DNA of 32,000 nucleotides from Floridaenema evergladense BLCC-F167. GTDB taxonomy: Bacteria > Cyanobacteriota > Cyanobacteriia > Cyanobacteriales > Aerosakkonemataceae. Shown here piece after piece: positions 18,074 through 25,874 of this stretch (position 1 is its first letter; each line of letters starts with the position of its first letter). The notes under the pieces were generated by a model, which saw only the letters and a list, made by a program, of their open reading frames with translations, was not told the DNA's origin and did no database searches. Both the position numbers and the translations under genes were made by a program. The stretch is from NCBI RefSeq assembly GCF_041929205.1, contig NZ_JBHFNT010000101.1; one strand, written 5' to 3'.

Positions 18074-19222
18074 TTATTTACTATATTTCTGAGCCAGATT
18101 TCCCACTCTAGTTAAAGCATCTTGCCAATTAGGGAAGCAAGTAGGAAATTTCTCCTGAATTTGAGTGGCGATATCACCCAACATTATACCGTTGCTCATT
18201 AATTCTAAAATTAAGCGATCGATCTGTCCATCTTCATTCAAACTCGGTAAATAAGCAGAACTACTCTTACGCAATTTTACTGGAGAAAGCGGCGTTGCGA
18301 AAAAAGTTGATTGCTGAAAATTCGCCTTAACTTGACTTAAATCACCCTGATGTAAAATGCAAGTATTCCATTGCCAAATATAATCATTACCAACTAAATT
18401 AGCTTGCAAATTTACCGAAATTTTATCACCAACTGCTAAAAAAACAGGCTTTAACCAAGGAAGAAAACCATTACCATAAACAAGTTCTGGCATCCCAGGC
18501 GCAGTAGAAAAACCGCTCCCTTCTGCCAATATTGCATCAAACCAAATACTTACTCCATAACCAGTTCCACTCCGCGCTACAGTCCAACTTAATTCGGCTC
18601 TAACATCAGGATTTTCTATAGTAGGATAATCTAAGATCGCCCAATATTGCGGCATAGTTAAAAGTTGCGCTGGTGCTATCCAACCTTTACCCCAATTATT
18701 AACTACAATTTGTCGTGCCGCTGTCATATTTAAACCACAAATATTGTGTTCCCAAACATTGACGATGCGATCGTACAAATGCGGCACTTCCACTACTGCT
18801 GCCCACAAGATATCACGCTGCGGAATTAGAATACCATCCTCAGTAAGCAACCGCTTTCTGGCATCAATAATTGTTGGAATATGTTGCCCAAATAATGGCA
18901 ACATTCCGCGAATATCGGAAACAATTACATCAGCAAGTTCGGGAATTTTTACGTTATTTGAAACATCTTGAATAAAAATAATGCGATCGCCATTTCCATT
19001 TTTTCTGGCAATTTCTTTTGCTACTTGGATAGCATCGCTAGGTTCGATCGCGTAAACTTTCCTCGCCCCAAACTGACAGGCAAGCAACGCAAAAATTCCC
19101 GTACCAGTTCCGATATCTACTACTATAGAATCAGGTTTTACTGTTTGACGCAGCGCTTTAACATAAGCATCCATGCGCCCTTTGTCAGCAATCATGCTGC
19201 CATATCCAGAAATGCTATACAT
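18074..19222 (-). CDS. Class I SAM-dependent methyltransferase with PRMT-like (protein arginine N-methyltransferase-like) architecture
   Basis: 382 aa. MIADKGRMDAY..., VVDIGTGTGIFALLACQFGARKVYAIEPS...AKEIARKNG...IIFIQDVS...ADVIVSD parallels PRMT motifs I/post-I/II (VLDVGxGTGILsmfAakaGAkkVyaiE...vDiivSE). It is followed by a beta-rich C-terminal domain of about 230 aa. Its start overlaps the kinase gene stop by 8 nt. Confidence 0.6.
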   Translation of the reverse strand: MYSISGYGSMIADKGRMDAYVKALRQTVKPDSIVVDIGTGTGIFALLACQFGARKVYAIEPSDAIQVAKEIARKNGNGDRIIFIQDVSNNVKIPELADVIVSDIRGMLPLFGQHIPTIIDARKRLLTEDGILIPQRDILWAAVVEVPHLYDRIVNVWEHNICGLNMTAARQIVVNNWGKGWIAPAQLLTMPQYWAILDYPTIENPDVRAELSWTVARSGTGYGVSIWFDAILAEGSGFSTAPGMPELVYGNGFLPWLKPVFLAVGDKISVNLQANLVGNDYIWQWNTCILHQGDLSQVKANFQQSTFFATPLSPVKLRKSSSAYLPSLNEDGQIDRLILELMSNGIMLGDIATQIQEKFPTCFPNWQDALTRVGNLAQKYSK

Positions 19223-20210
19223 TATTACTTAATTTGTGAAAATCCTCTAAAATTACATCACATAGTTTAGAAATATTTTCTGAATCTGCATGAGGTGTGA
19301 CTCTTCGCAAAGGAACTTTAGCTAATACCCGACTCAACAAATCGAATTCAGTAGCACGCATTTTTTTATCTAACAAATTGTTAGCGTAGGTGTTAGAAAT
19401 TAAGCTAATTAAACCATTGTTACTGGGTATTCTTTCCAAGAAAGGGGCTGATGGGGAAGTAGTGCGATCGCTCAAAATATAAATAACACCTAAAGGTAAA
19501 GGTAACTCCTGAAATTTATATTTTGGTTGAGTAAGATCTAGAAACCGTTTATCCCAATTTGGTGTCAAACAAGGCAAAGCATCCTCTTCACCGTACAAAG
19601 CTTTTACCGATGTAGGCCACAATCTTAAACGGGGATAAGCAGGTTGTACTAAAAAGTGATTATCCCTCTCTAAAATTGGGACAATATCATCAGATAATAT
19701 AGCAAAACCAGCTTGAGCAAAAGCTGCCGCTGTGGTAGATTTTCCCGCACCTGCTGGGCCAAGAATTGCGATCGATTTATCCTCTATTGCCACAGCAGAA
19801 GCGTGTAAACAAACAACGCCTCGCAACCGCAATACAAAGCCAAAAATTGGCCCCAGCAAATATGTAACAGTATCTTCTAAGGTCAAATTGTTAGGCCAAT
19901 TAGCCCAAATTTGAGTACCTTTTCGATCGATAATAAACTCAGTGCGATCGCCATATTCCCACCGCCAATAATCGCCATTTTCTAGTTGCCAAATTGTTAC
20001 CAGAGGGCGATCGTTTTCATCTTTATAACGACTCACCCACCAGATTTTTTGCTTTAACTCAATATTTGTCTGTAAAGCAGGAGGAAATTCATTAAAACTT
20101 ACCTGTACGTCTACTTTCGATACACTTGGTAAAACTATTAAGCCTGGTATGGCTAAATTAGAATTTAGATAGAGGCCGAAAATAGAATAAAAAAATGGTG
20201 CAGGTGTCAT
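19215..20210 (-). CDS. HPr-kinase-related (HprK-like) peptide kinase
   Basis: 331 aa. CLHASAVAIEDKSIAILGPAGAGKSTTAAAFAQAGFAILSDDIV matches the HprK C-terminal P-loop core (hHa..v...g.gvLi.G.sG.GKS.la..L...G..lvaDD). Confidence 0.7.
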   Translation of the reverse strand: MTPAPFFYSIFGLYLNSNLAIPGLIVLPSVSKVDVQVSFNEFPPALQTNIELKQKIWWVSRYKDENDRPLVTIWQLENGDYWRWEYGDRTEFIIDRKGTQIWANWPNNLTLEDTVTYLLGPIFGFVLRLRGVVCLHASAVAIEDKSIAILGPAGAGKSTTAAAFAQAGFAILSDDIVPILERDNHFLVQPAYPRLRLWPTSVKALYGEEDALPCLTPNWDKRFLDLTQPKYKFQELPLPLGVIYILSDRTTSPSAPFLERIPSNNGLISLISNTYANNLLDKKMRATEFDLLSRVLAKVPLRRVTPHADSENISKLCDVILEDFHKLSNNV

Positions 20211-20252
20211 GTTTTAATGTAATTAGCCTCCAGCTTGCAGCAATTACGACGA

Positions 20253-20417
20253 TTAAGCTACTGACTTATTTTGATTAGGAAGAGTGGGAGGCTGAGAAGG
20301 ATTATCACCTATAGAAGTAGGAATACTTTGACCTCTCGTTAGTTCCCGAATATCACCATAAACGAATAATTTGGGGCTTTGATATGGTGTTTTAGATAAT
20401 TTGTTAGGGGAGTGCAT
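20253..20417 (-). CDS. Lasso-peptide precursor (A gene), 54 aa, below the ORF-track size cut-off
   Basis: Hand translation gives MHSPNKLSKTPYQSPKLFVYGDIRELTR|GQSIPTSIGDNPSQPPTLPNQNKSVA*. The leader fits the lasso recognition motif YxxPxLxxxGxxxxxTx followed by Gly1 of the core. AAGGAA lies about 10 nt upstream. The ATG is the first start after an in-frame stop (20432-20430). It overlaps the 3' end of the cyclase gene by 14 nt. Confidence 0.7.
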   Translation of the reverse strand: MHSPNKLSKTPYQSPKLFVYGDIRELTRGQSIPTSIGDNPSQPPTLPNQNKSVA

Positions 20418-22242
20418 AGTATTGTTCCTTTACTATTTTATAACTGTGTTCTAACCAATAGTTGAGATTCAATGGTTGCAAATTAATGCAAACTTCATTA
20501 ATATCTTGTTCTGTTCCAGAAAGTAGGGGTATCGCATTTCGATCGACATATTTAGCCAAGTTTGGTACAGGTGTAAAACGATCGATCCCTGACGACTTAG
20601 CTTGCTGCAAAAGTGCAGTTATCGGATTACCCAACATTGGGGTTTTCGGACGCTGACGCACCAACTCCGGTAAAATGCCTCTCATTGCCACCCGCATTAG
20701 TTCTTTATGTAAGCACCAAGGCACTGGTGGAATTGCCAATAAGTAATTTACCAGACGCAGGTCAAAAAAGGGATACCGTACTTCCACAGGCAAACCTGTT
20801 ACTCCTGAATCGTAATTTTCAAACAGACAAGGCCAACCTGAACTGGTAAGCTGTTGATATGCCTCTGGTCGAATTGGATGAATTAGCGGTTTTTCCCGAT
20901 AAAACTGTTCCCATCTTCCAGGCAAGTCCAATTTAGCGGAAAAATCCGAGTTGATCCAGTTGGGATAAGCGGGTACTGGGGGACGAATACCTAACAATCG
21001 TTTCAAACGCGATCGCACTCCCGGTTGGGGTAATCTTTTATGAGAGACAACATACTCAACTGTATCTCTAATTAGGCGATCGAATTGCCAGTTTTTCATT
21101 AGATAAGTAAAATAAAAATAAGCGCCCCAAGAAGCAAAAACTGGATCGCCCCCATTACCATCTAACAAAACTCGGCTATGGGTAGCAATTTGTTTGAAGC
21201 GATCGGCAACAATTGCTAACAAAGAAAAACTGCTAGGTTCGGGACGTTGTAACAATGGTTGCTCTACTTTTGCAAACAAAGTATAACTGTCAGCAGCCAA
21301 GTAGTGAATTGGAATTCCCAAAGTTTCTGCTACTAATCCCGAATAGTAACGTTCTCGATCTGGAATCAATTGATCGTAGATAACGGTGAACGCTCTTAAA
21401 TCAAAATTATCACCTTTTTTACGAAAAAATTCGCAAGCTGTAGCCGCTATAGTTGTGGAGTCCATTCCTCCACTCATCGAGACAGCAATTTGATTTGTTC
21501 GCAGTCGGTCACTAACCGCTTTTTCCATTAATTCTTGAAAATTTTCTATGTAATCTTCTGCACGTTTATATCTAATAAAACCATCTGTAGGTAACGTCCA
21601 GTAACGTTTGATTTGAAGTCTTTCTCTTGACAAACTTAAATAATGTGATGGTGGTAAACGTTGGATATCGGCAAAAGTAGTTGTAGTAGGTTCTTGGTTA
21701 TAACCAAATAGTAAAAAATCTGCGATCGCCAAATCATTCAACTCATCTGAAACATCAGGATGAATCCTCACACAATTCAGCGTATTACTAAAAATAAAAC
21801 AATTCCCAACTTCTGCATAATAAAAAGGTTTCACCCCAAAATGATCTCTGGCGCAGAATAACTTTTGCTCTCTTTCATCCCAAATAGCAAAAGCAAAATC
21901 ACCCAACAAATATTGAACGCAATCTTCCCCCCAAACAAGATAAGCACGCAAAATTAATTCCGCATCTGTTCCCGCATTAATCTTTAACTTTTCAATTAAC
22001 TCCTCTCGCCCATCAATTCTCGCATCAGCAGTAATCCAAATCCCATCTAAATTAAAAGGTTGTTTCTCCTCTAAAGACTCTCTAGTAGTTTGCAACATTG
22101 TATGACCAAAACCAACATTACCATCTAACCAAATCTGTTGATAATCTGGCCCTCGATAGCTCATGAAATCGGTCATTTTCTGCAATAGATCGGGGTTAAT
22201 TGGTTGACCATTTCGATTAATTATCCCGACAATACCGCTCAT
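20404..22242 (-). CDS. Lasso-peptide macrolactam synthetase (asparagine-synthetase-B-like, C protein)
   Basis: 612 aa with an AsnB-like N-terminal domain (MSGIVGI..., no Cys2 nucleophile) and the ATP-pyrophosphatase motif VSMSGGMDST. It sits directly after B1/B2. Confidence 0.85.
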   Translation of the reverse strand: MSGIVGIINRNGQPINPDLLQKMTDFMSYRGPDYQQIWLDGNVGFGHTMLQTTRESLEEKQPFNLDGIWITADARIDGREELIEKLKINAGTDAELILRAYLVWGEDCVQYLLGDFAFAIWDEREQKLFCARDHFGVKPFYYAEVGNCFIFSNTLNCVRIHPDVSDELNDLAIADFLLFGYNQEPTTTTFADIQRLPPSHYLSLSRERLQIKRYWTLPTDGFIRYKRAEDYIENFQELMEKAVSDRLRTNQIAVSMSGGMDSTTIAATACEFFRKKGDNFDLRAFTVIYDQLIPDRERYYSGLVAETLGIPIHYLAADSYTLFAKVEQPLLQRPEPSSFSLLAIVADRFKQIATHSRVLLDGNGGDPVFASWGAYFYFTYLMKNWQFDRLIRDTVEYVVSHKRLPQPGVRSRLKRLLGIRPPVPAYPNWINSDFSAKLDLPGRWEQFYREKPLIHPIRPEAYQQLTSSGWPCLFENYDSGVTGLPVEVRYPFFDLRLVNYLLAIPPVPWCLHKELMRVAMRGILPELVRQRPKTPMLGNPITALLQQAKSSGIDRFTPVPNLAKYVDRNAIPLLSGTEQDINEVCINLQPLNLNYWLEHSYKIVKEQYYALP

Positions 22243-22706
22243 TATATTTTTACCTCGACTGGCAGAATTGCCTCAGCAAAAGGCGCAAAAAGTTGGTTAA
22301 CATCGCTGCGATCGTTCAAAATACAACCCTGATATTCTACCCAAGCATGAGCTTCTAAAAGTTCTTCTTTTTTACGTACACCAATTCGCAATTCACTTTC
22401 CATACCTTGTTGTCGCAACAACCAGCAAAGCAGCAATGATTTTTGTAAACAATTAGGTTTATATATACCATATCTACTAGCAATTTCTACTAATTTTGCG
22501 ATCGCCCTAGCTTCCTTAATTCCCTCCCTCGCTTGCACAACATATTTCCTGCGGTTAAGGTTAGCTATTTTCCCATAAAAGCTTCTAAACCCAAAACACT
22601 TTATTCCCAAAGCTACCAATGGCAGCAATAAAAATGCTTGTATCAGCAGCATTAGTTCTGACCAAGAAAGTTTTTTTAACTTACGCCAATTATTAACTGC
22701 TGACAT
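22242..22706 (-). CDS. Lasso-peptide leader peptidase B2 (transglutaminase-like Cys protease)
   Basis: 154 aa with an N-terminal TM helix, catalytic Cys context KPNCLQKSLLLCWLL and His context EAHAWVE. Its stop overlaps the cyclase ATG (TAATG). Confidence 0.8.
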   Translation of the reverse strand: MSAVNNWRKLKKLSWSELMLLIQAFLLLPLVALGIKCFGFRSFYGKIANLNRRKYVVQAREGIKEARAIAKLVEIASRYGIYKPNCLQKSLLLCWLLRQQGMESELRIGVRKKEELLEAHAWVEYQGCILNDRSDVNQLFAPFAEAILPVEVKI

Positions 22707-22974
22707 TAATCAACCCATGCTGTATCAGTTGTTGAAGTAAATTATACAAATCACTTTCTAACTGTTCGGGAACTACATCATATTCTGATAATAAAGTTTG
22801 GTATGCAGATGCGATCGTCTCCGAAGTAGAAAGCACTTCCCACATTCGAGTTCCCACCTCATCCAAACCAAAATAACGTTCGCTCTTCAGGTTTAGAATC
22901 ACCGACTCCCCATCTAATTCCCGAATTAAAACATCTTCTGGTACAGAAACTCGCATTTCAAAAGTAATACTCAT
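22693..22974 (-). CDS. Lasso-peptide B1 / PqqD-family RiPP recognition element
   Basis: 93 aa. VLIRELDGESVILNLKSERYFGLDEVGTRMWEVL...TIASAYQTLLSEYDV...LESDLYNLLQQLIQHGLI is a typical PqqD/RRE winged-helix pattern. It overlaps B2 by 14 nt. Confidence 0.8.
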   Translation of the reverse strand: MSITFEMRVSVPEDVLIRELDGESVILNLKSERYFGLDEVGTRMWEVLSTSETIASAYQTLLSEYDVVPEQLESDLYNLLQQLIQHGLINVSS

Positions 22975-22976
22975 TC

Positions 22977-23008
22977 GATTTTAGATTTTAGATTTTAGAT
23001 TTTAGACT
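22977..23008. repeat. Heptanucleotide tandem repeat (GATTTTA)x4, just upstream of the B1 gene
   Basis: gatttta gatttta gatttta gatttta gac, directly visible. Confidence 0.85.
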
Positions 23009-23048
23009 TTGACTATTGCCAAAAATATCTTATACCAAATTCCTCAAA

Positions 23049-23151
23049 CTCAGATCTTGCACCACGAAGCAGAGCCTCGGTTTCTCGTTCCCAGGTTGAA
23101 CCTGGGAACGAGGATCTGGGAGGTTCTACCTCCATTGCTGTAAAATCTGAG
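23049..23151 (-). mobile_element. MITE-like hairpin element (copy B, inverted relative to copy A)
   Basis: The reverse complement aligns end to end with 17964-18065 (about 85% identity by eye). It has the same core ctcgttcccaggttcaacctgggaacgag and the same termini (ctcagat(t/c)tt...aagatctgag). Confidence 0.75.
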
Positions 23152-23186
23152 TTTAACCTTCTGCCTTTCTTCCCTTCTTCCTTCAA

Positions 23187-23210
23187 CAAAAAAGGCTGTT
23201 CAAAACAGCC
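23187..23210 (-). terminator. Rho-independent terminator after the ferredoxin-like gene
   Basis: On the minus strand, ggctgtt-ttga-acagcc is followed by ttttttg. Confidence 0.6.
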
Positions 23211-23254
23211 CTAATTTCTATAATTTGCAACCAAGAAAGCATGGAAAACCAAAT

Positions 23255-23707
23255 TCAGTGCTTTTTTGACCTGCGCTTATGTTGACGGCTTCTGGCAGTA
23301 GCCATTACCGAATCTACTGGGAACCCAGGTATGGGAATTACCTGGTATTGGCGTTCTGCTTCCAGTTTTTTCAACTCTGTGTAGTCTACCCAGTGAATAC
23401 AATCAACAGGACAGGTATCAATTGCTTCTTGAATTAACTCTTCCGAGTCGCCATCCTGCCGAACTACTCGCGATCGACCATAATCAGGTTCTATATAGAA
23501 GGTATTACGCGCAACGTGAGCGCAATGCTTACAACCAATGCAGGTAATCTCATCTACATAAACACCTTTTTGCCGGAGTGAACCACCAAGTTCTGGCTCA
23601 AAACCAGAGCGTTCGGGATCGTTTCTGAGAAAACCACCTAACTCTGGTTCTAGACCCGATCGAGCTACGCCGCCATTATCTCCTGATACGGGAGAAAAGT
23701 CGGACAT
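23255..23707 (-). CDS. 4Fe-4S ferredoxin-domain protein
   Basis: 150 aa with CIGCKHCAHVA...CPVDCI (a CxxCxxC...CP cluster motif). The N-terminus contains a duplicated RSG(L/F)EPELGG(F/S)LR unit. Its ATG abuts the upstream gene's stop (ATGTAA-type junction at 23707). Confidence 0.75.
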   Translation of the reverse strand: MSDFSPVSGDNGGVARSGLEPELGGFLRNDPERSGFEPELGGSLRQKGVYVDEITCIGCKHCAHVARNTFYIEPDYGRSRVVRQDGDSEELIQEAIDTCPVDCIHWVDYTELKKLEAERQYQVIPIPGFPVDSVMATARSRQHKRRSKKH

Positions 23708-24093
23708 TAGCCCCTCCAGCGTTGTACAACTAGGCGAATTGAACCATCTTCATTTTTTTGTTGTTCGGCAACTTGGAAACCTTGTTTAGCGGTTTCATTT
23801 AATACAGTTTGGAAAGCATAACGCTGAGTGATTTTATTTAAAAATCTATCTACAGTGATGGGTTGCTGCCAATACTGTAAGTCGGCAACTAATTCATATT
23901 CGTTGCCGTTCCATCTAAAGCCAATGTCGTAACCATTTTCCTGCTCGATCGCAATTTCAGCATTAATGGTTTGACCGCGATAACCGCGCACTGGACAAGG
24001 GCCAGATTTCCAATCAATCCCTAAGTCTGTCAAAGCAGTTTGCAGGGAGACAAGGTTACGGAGTTGAGTTTTGATTTGGCTAAAGTGTGACAT
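23707..24093 (-). CDS. DUF1257-like protein (conserved in cyanobacteria and plastid-bearing lineages)
   Basis: 128 aa. MSHFSQIKTQLRNL..L..AL.DLG...RGY.G......I......YDIGF....EYELVAD..YW is recognisable as the DUF1257 pattern. Confidence 0.55.
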   Translation of the reverse strand: MSHFSQIKTQLRNLVSLQTALTDLGIDWKSGPCPVRGYRGQTINAEIAIEQENGYDIGFRWNGNEYELVADLQYWQQPITVDRFLNKITQRYAFQTVLNETAKQGFQVAEQQKNEDGSIRLVVQRWRG

Positions 24094-24137
24094 AGTTTCT
24101 GATGATTAAAACAAAGTAAAATTTTTGAAAAAACAAC

Positions 24138-24362
24138 TTACCATTCACTAAAAGTCGCTTGGGTTGTGGCTGCGTTTGATTGCTCTAATACTTGAGCAAA
24201 ATACTCAGAAGTTTCCTCCTGACTAAGTACTTGTCCAAGTTGAGCTTCAATTGCAGCCGTAACCTCAGCACAGGAATTCCCTATGATGCCAGTAACTTTT
24301 TCTTTGACTCGCCCATCGGGATAGATGATAAACTCTAGTGTTTCCATGCTTTTGGTTGTCAC
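24138..24362 (-). CDS. DUF2997-like small protein
   Basis: 74 aa. LEFIIYPDGRVKEKVTGIIGNSCAEVTAAIEAQLG is the DUF2997 pattern, and it has the usual neighbourhood with DUF1257 plus a ferredoxin. Confidence 0.55.
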   Translation of the reverse strand: MTTKSMETLEFIIYPDGRVKEKVTGIIGNSCAEVTAAIEAQLGQVLSQEETSEYFAQVLEQSNAATTQATFSEW

Positions 24363-24825
24363 CTATATACTCATTGAACTTAGCGATTCTCAAAAGTAAG
24401 AGCTACGCGGAAGCGCACTTAACAGTGCGATCGCAGCTTCTCGATCGAGATGCTAACAATTTTGTCTTTAATTCACTTTACCTAATGTGGCAAATCGAAT
24501 CAAAGCGCAACACAACTTATTATTTACGCGATTAAGCCCTCAATTATTTGTCAGTTTCGCTTAACTTGCCCCAGCAGTCAAGATACCCCTGGACATAGCT
24601 ACAAGCCTTACAAGCATTGATATATCTCATCACATCACAGCAGTCTTTTTTCCTATCCATGTTTTAGCCACTATATATAGTGTGTTTACTTCAGTCAAAA
24701 CACTATATAAATGATAAGATTTGTAACATAGACAACTAAGATGGTATTAATAAACTTTTTCAATAACTCTGACTTTAGCTAAATCATTCCATAATTAAAG
24801 GTTGTCTTAAAATTTCAGGTTAAGA

Positions 24826-25830
24826 ATGATGAATCTAACACAACTCACAAATCCCATTCCTGTAGGAGTGCTGGGTTTTGGAGGGTTAGGACAAGCAGCC
24901 GCTAGAATACTTGCGCCGAAGCAAGAAATGATTTGGGTAGCAGCTGCGGATAAAAAAGGTTATGCTTACGACGCTAGAGGCTTAAATCCCGATACTTGCA
25001 TCACGACCTACCAAGCTCAAGGTTCTCTCGGCTACTTGGAAGCAGGCGGTACTTTAAGCAACAACAGCATTTCTGATTTAATCAGCCAAGCAGATGTAGA
25101 GGGGTACTTCCTCGCCTTACCTAATCTACCGAATACCTTTATGGCTTCTGTAGTCAAGGAAATCATTCAATCTGGTTGGCGTGGAGTTTTAGTTGATGCT
25201 CTCAAGCGTACCAGTGCCGTCGAACAAATGCTGCAATTAAGAGATAGTTTACAAGCAGCAGGGATTACTTACATGACTGGATGTGGTGCAACTCCAGGGT
25301 TATTAACCGCAGCAGCAGCTTTAGCAGCACAAAGTTATGCAGAGATTCATTCAGTAAAGATAACCTTTGGTGTGGGAATTGCTAATTGGGAAGCTTATCG
25401 GGCGACAATTCGGGAAGATATTGCCCATATCCCAGGTTACAGCGTAGAGAAAGCGGTAGCCATGAGCGATGCCGAAGTCGAAGCATTATTAGATAAAACA
25501 AACGGCATTTTAGCTCTGGAAAATATGGAACACGCTGATGATATCATGCTGGAATTGGCGGGAATTTGTCCGCGCGATCGCGTCACAGTCGGCGGAGTCG
25601 TCGATACCCGCAACCCGAAAAAACCCTTGAGCACCAACGTTCAAATAACTGGTAGAACCTTTGAAGGCAAAATTTCCACCCATACCTTCACTTTAGGCGA
25701 TGAAACCAGCATGGCAGCCAATGTTTGTGGTCCCGCCTTCGGTTATCTAAAAGCTGGAATAGCCTTAAATCAAAGAGGTATTTACGGCTTATTCACCGCT
25801 GCGGAAATTATGCCTCAATTTGTCAAGTAG
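24826..25830 (+). CDS. NAD(P)-binding Rossmann-fold oxidoreductase (saccharopine-dehydrogenase-like)
   Basis: 334 aa with N-terminal [17 protein letters not shown] (GxGxxG). The family assignment beyond the Rossmann fold is from memory of cyanobacterial homologs. Confidence 0.5.
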   Translation: MMNLTQLTNPIPVGVLGFGGLGQAAARILAPKQEMIWVAAADKKGYAYDARGLNPDTCITTYQAQGSLGYLEAGGTLSNNSISDLISQADVEGYFLALPNLPNTFMASVVKEIIQSGWRGVLVDALKRTSAVEQMLQLRDSLQAAGITYMTGCGATPGLLTAAAALAAQSYAEIHSVKITFGVGIANWEAYRATIREDIAHIPGYSVEKAVAMSDAEVEALLDKTNGILALENMEHADDIMLELAGICPRDRVTVGGVVDTRNPKKPLSTNVQITGRTFEGKISTHTFTLGDETSMAANVCGPAFGYLKAGIALNQRGIYGLFTAAEIMPQFVK

Positions 25831-25834
25831 ATCG

Positions 25835-25874
25835 GTACGTTGTTGCGCTTCAGCGCTAAAGCGCAACAACGTAC
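25835..25874. terminator. 14-bp perfect inverted repeat between convergent genes (possible bidirectional terminator)
   Basis: gtacgttgttgcgc-ttcagcgctaaa-gcgcaacaacgtac. There is no clear T-run, and the right arm touches the stop of the DUF2227-like gene. Confidence 0.45.

Noticed and set aside
18744-20849. Tracked ORFs 18744..18971, 18968..19270, 19732..19914, 20462..20656 and 20613..20849
   Set aside because: They are antisense to the methyltransferase, kinase and cyclase genes of the lasso operon and have no motifs.
22975-23254. Search for a second precursor peptide upstream of the B1 gene
   Set aside because: The region is filled by the (GATTTTA)n repeat, MITE copy B and the ferredoxin terminator. 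No ORF with a YxxPxL...T-x-G pattern is present.
24338-24535. Tracked 65-aa ORF in the divergent intergenic region
   Set aside because: It overlaps the DUF2997 gene start, has no SD and no recognisable motif, and probably lies over promoter DNA.
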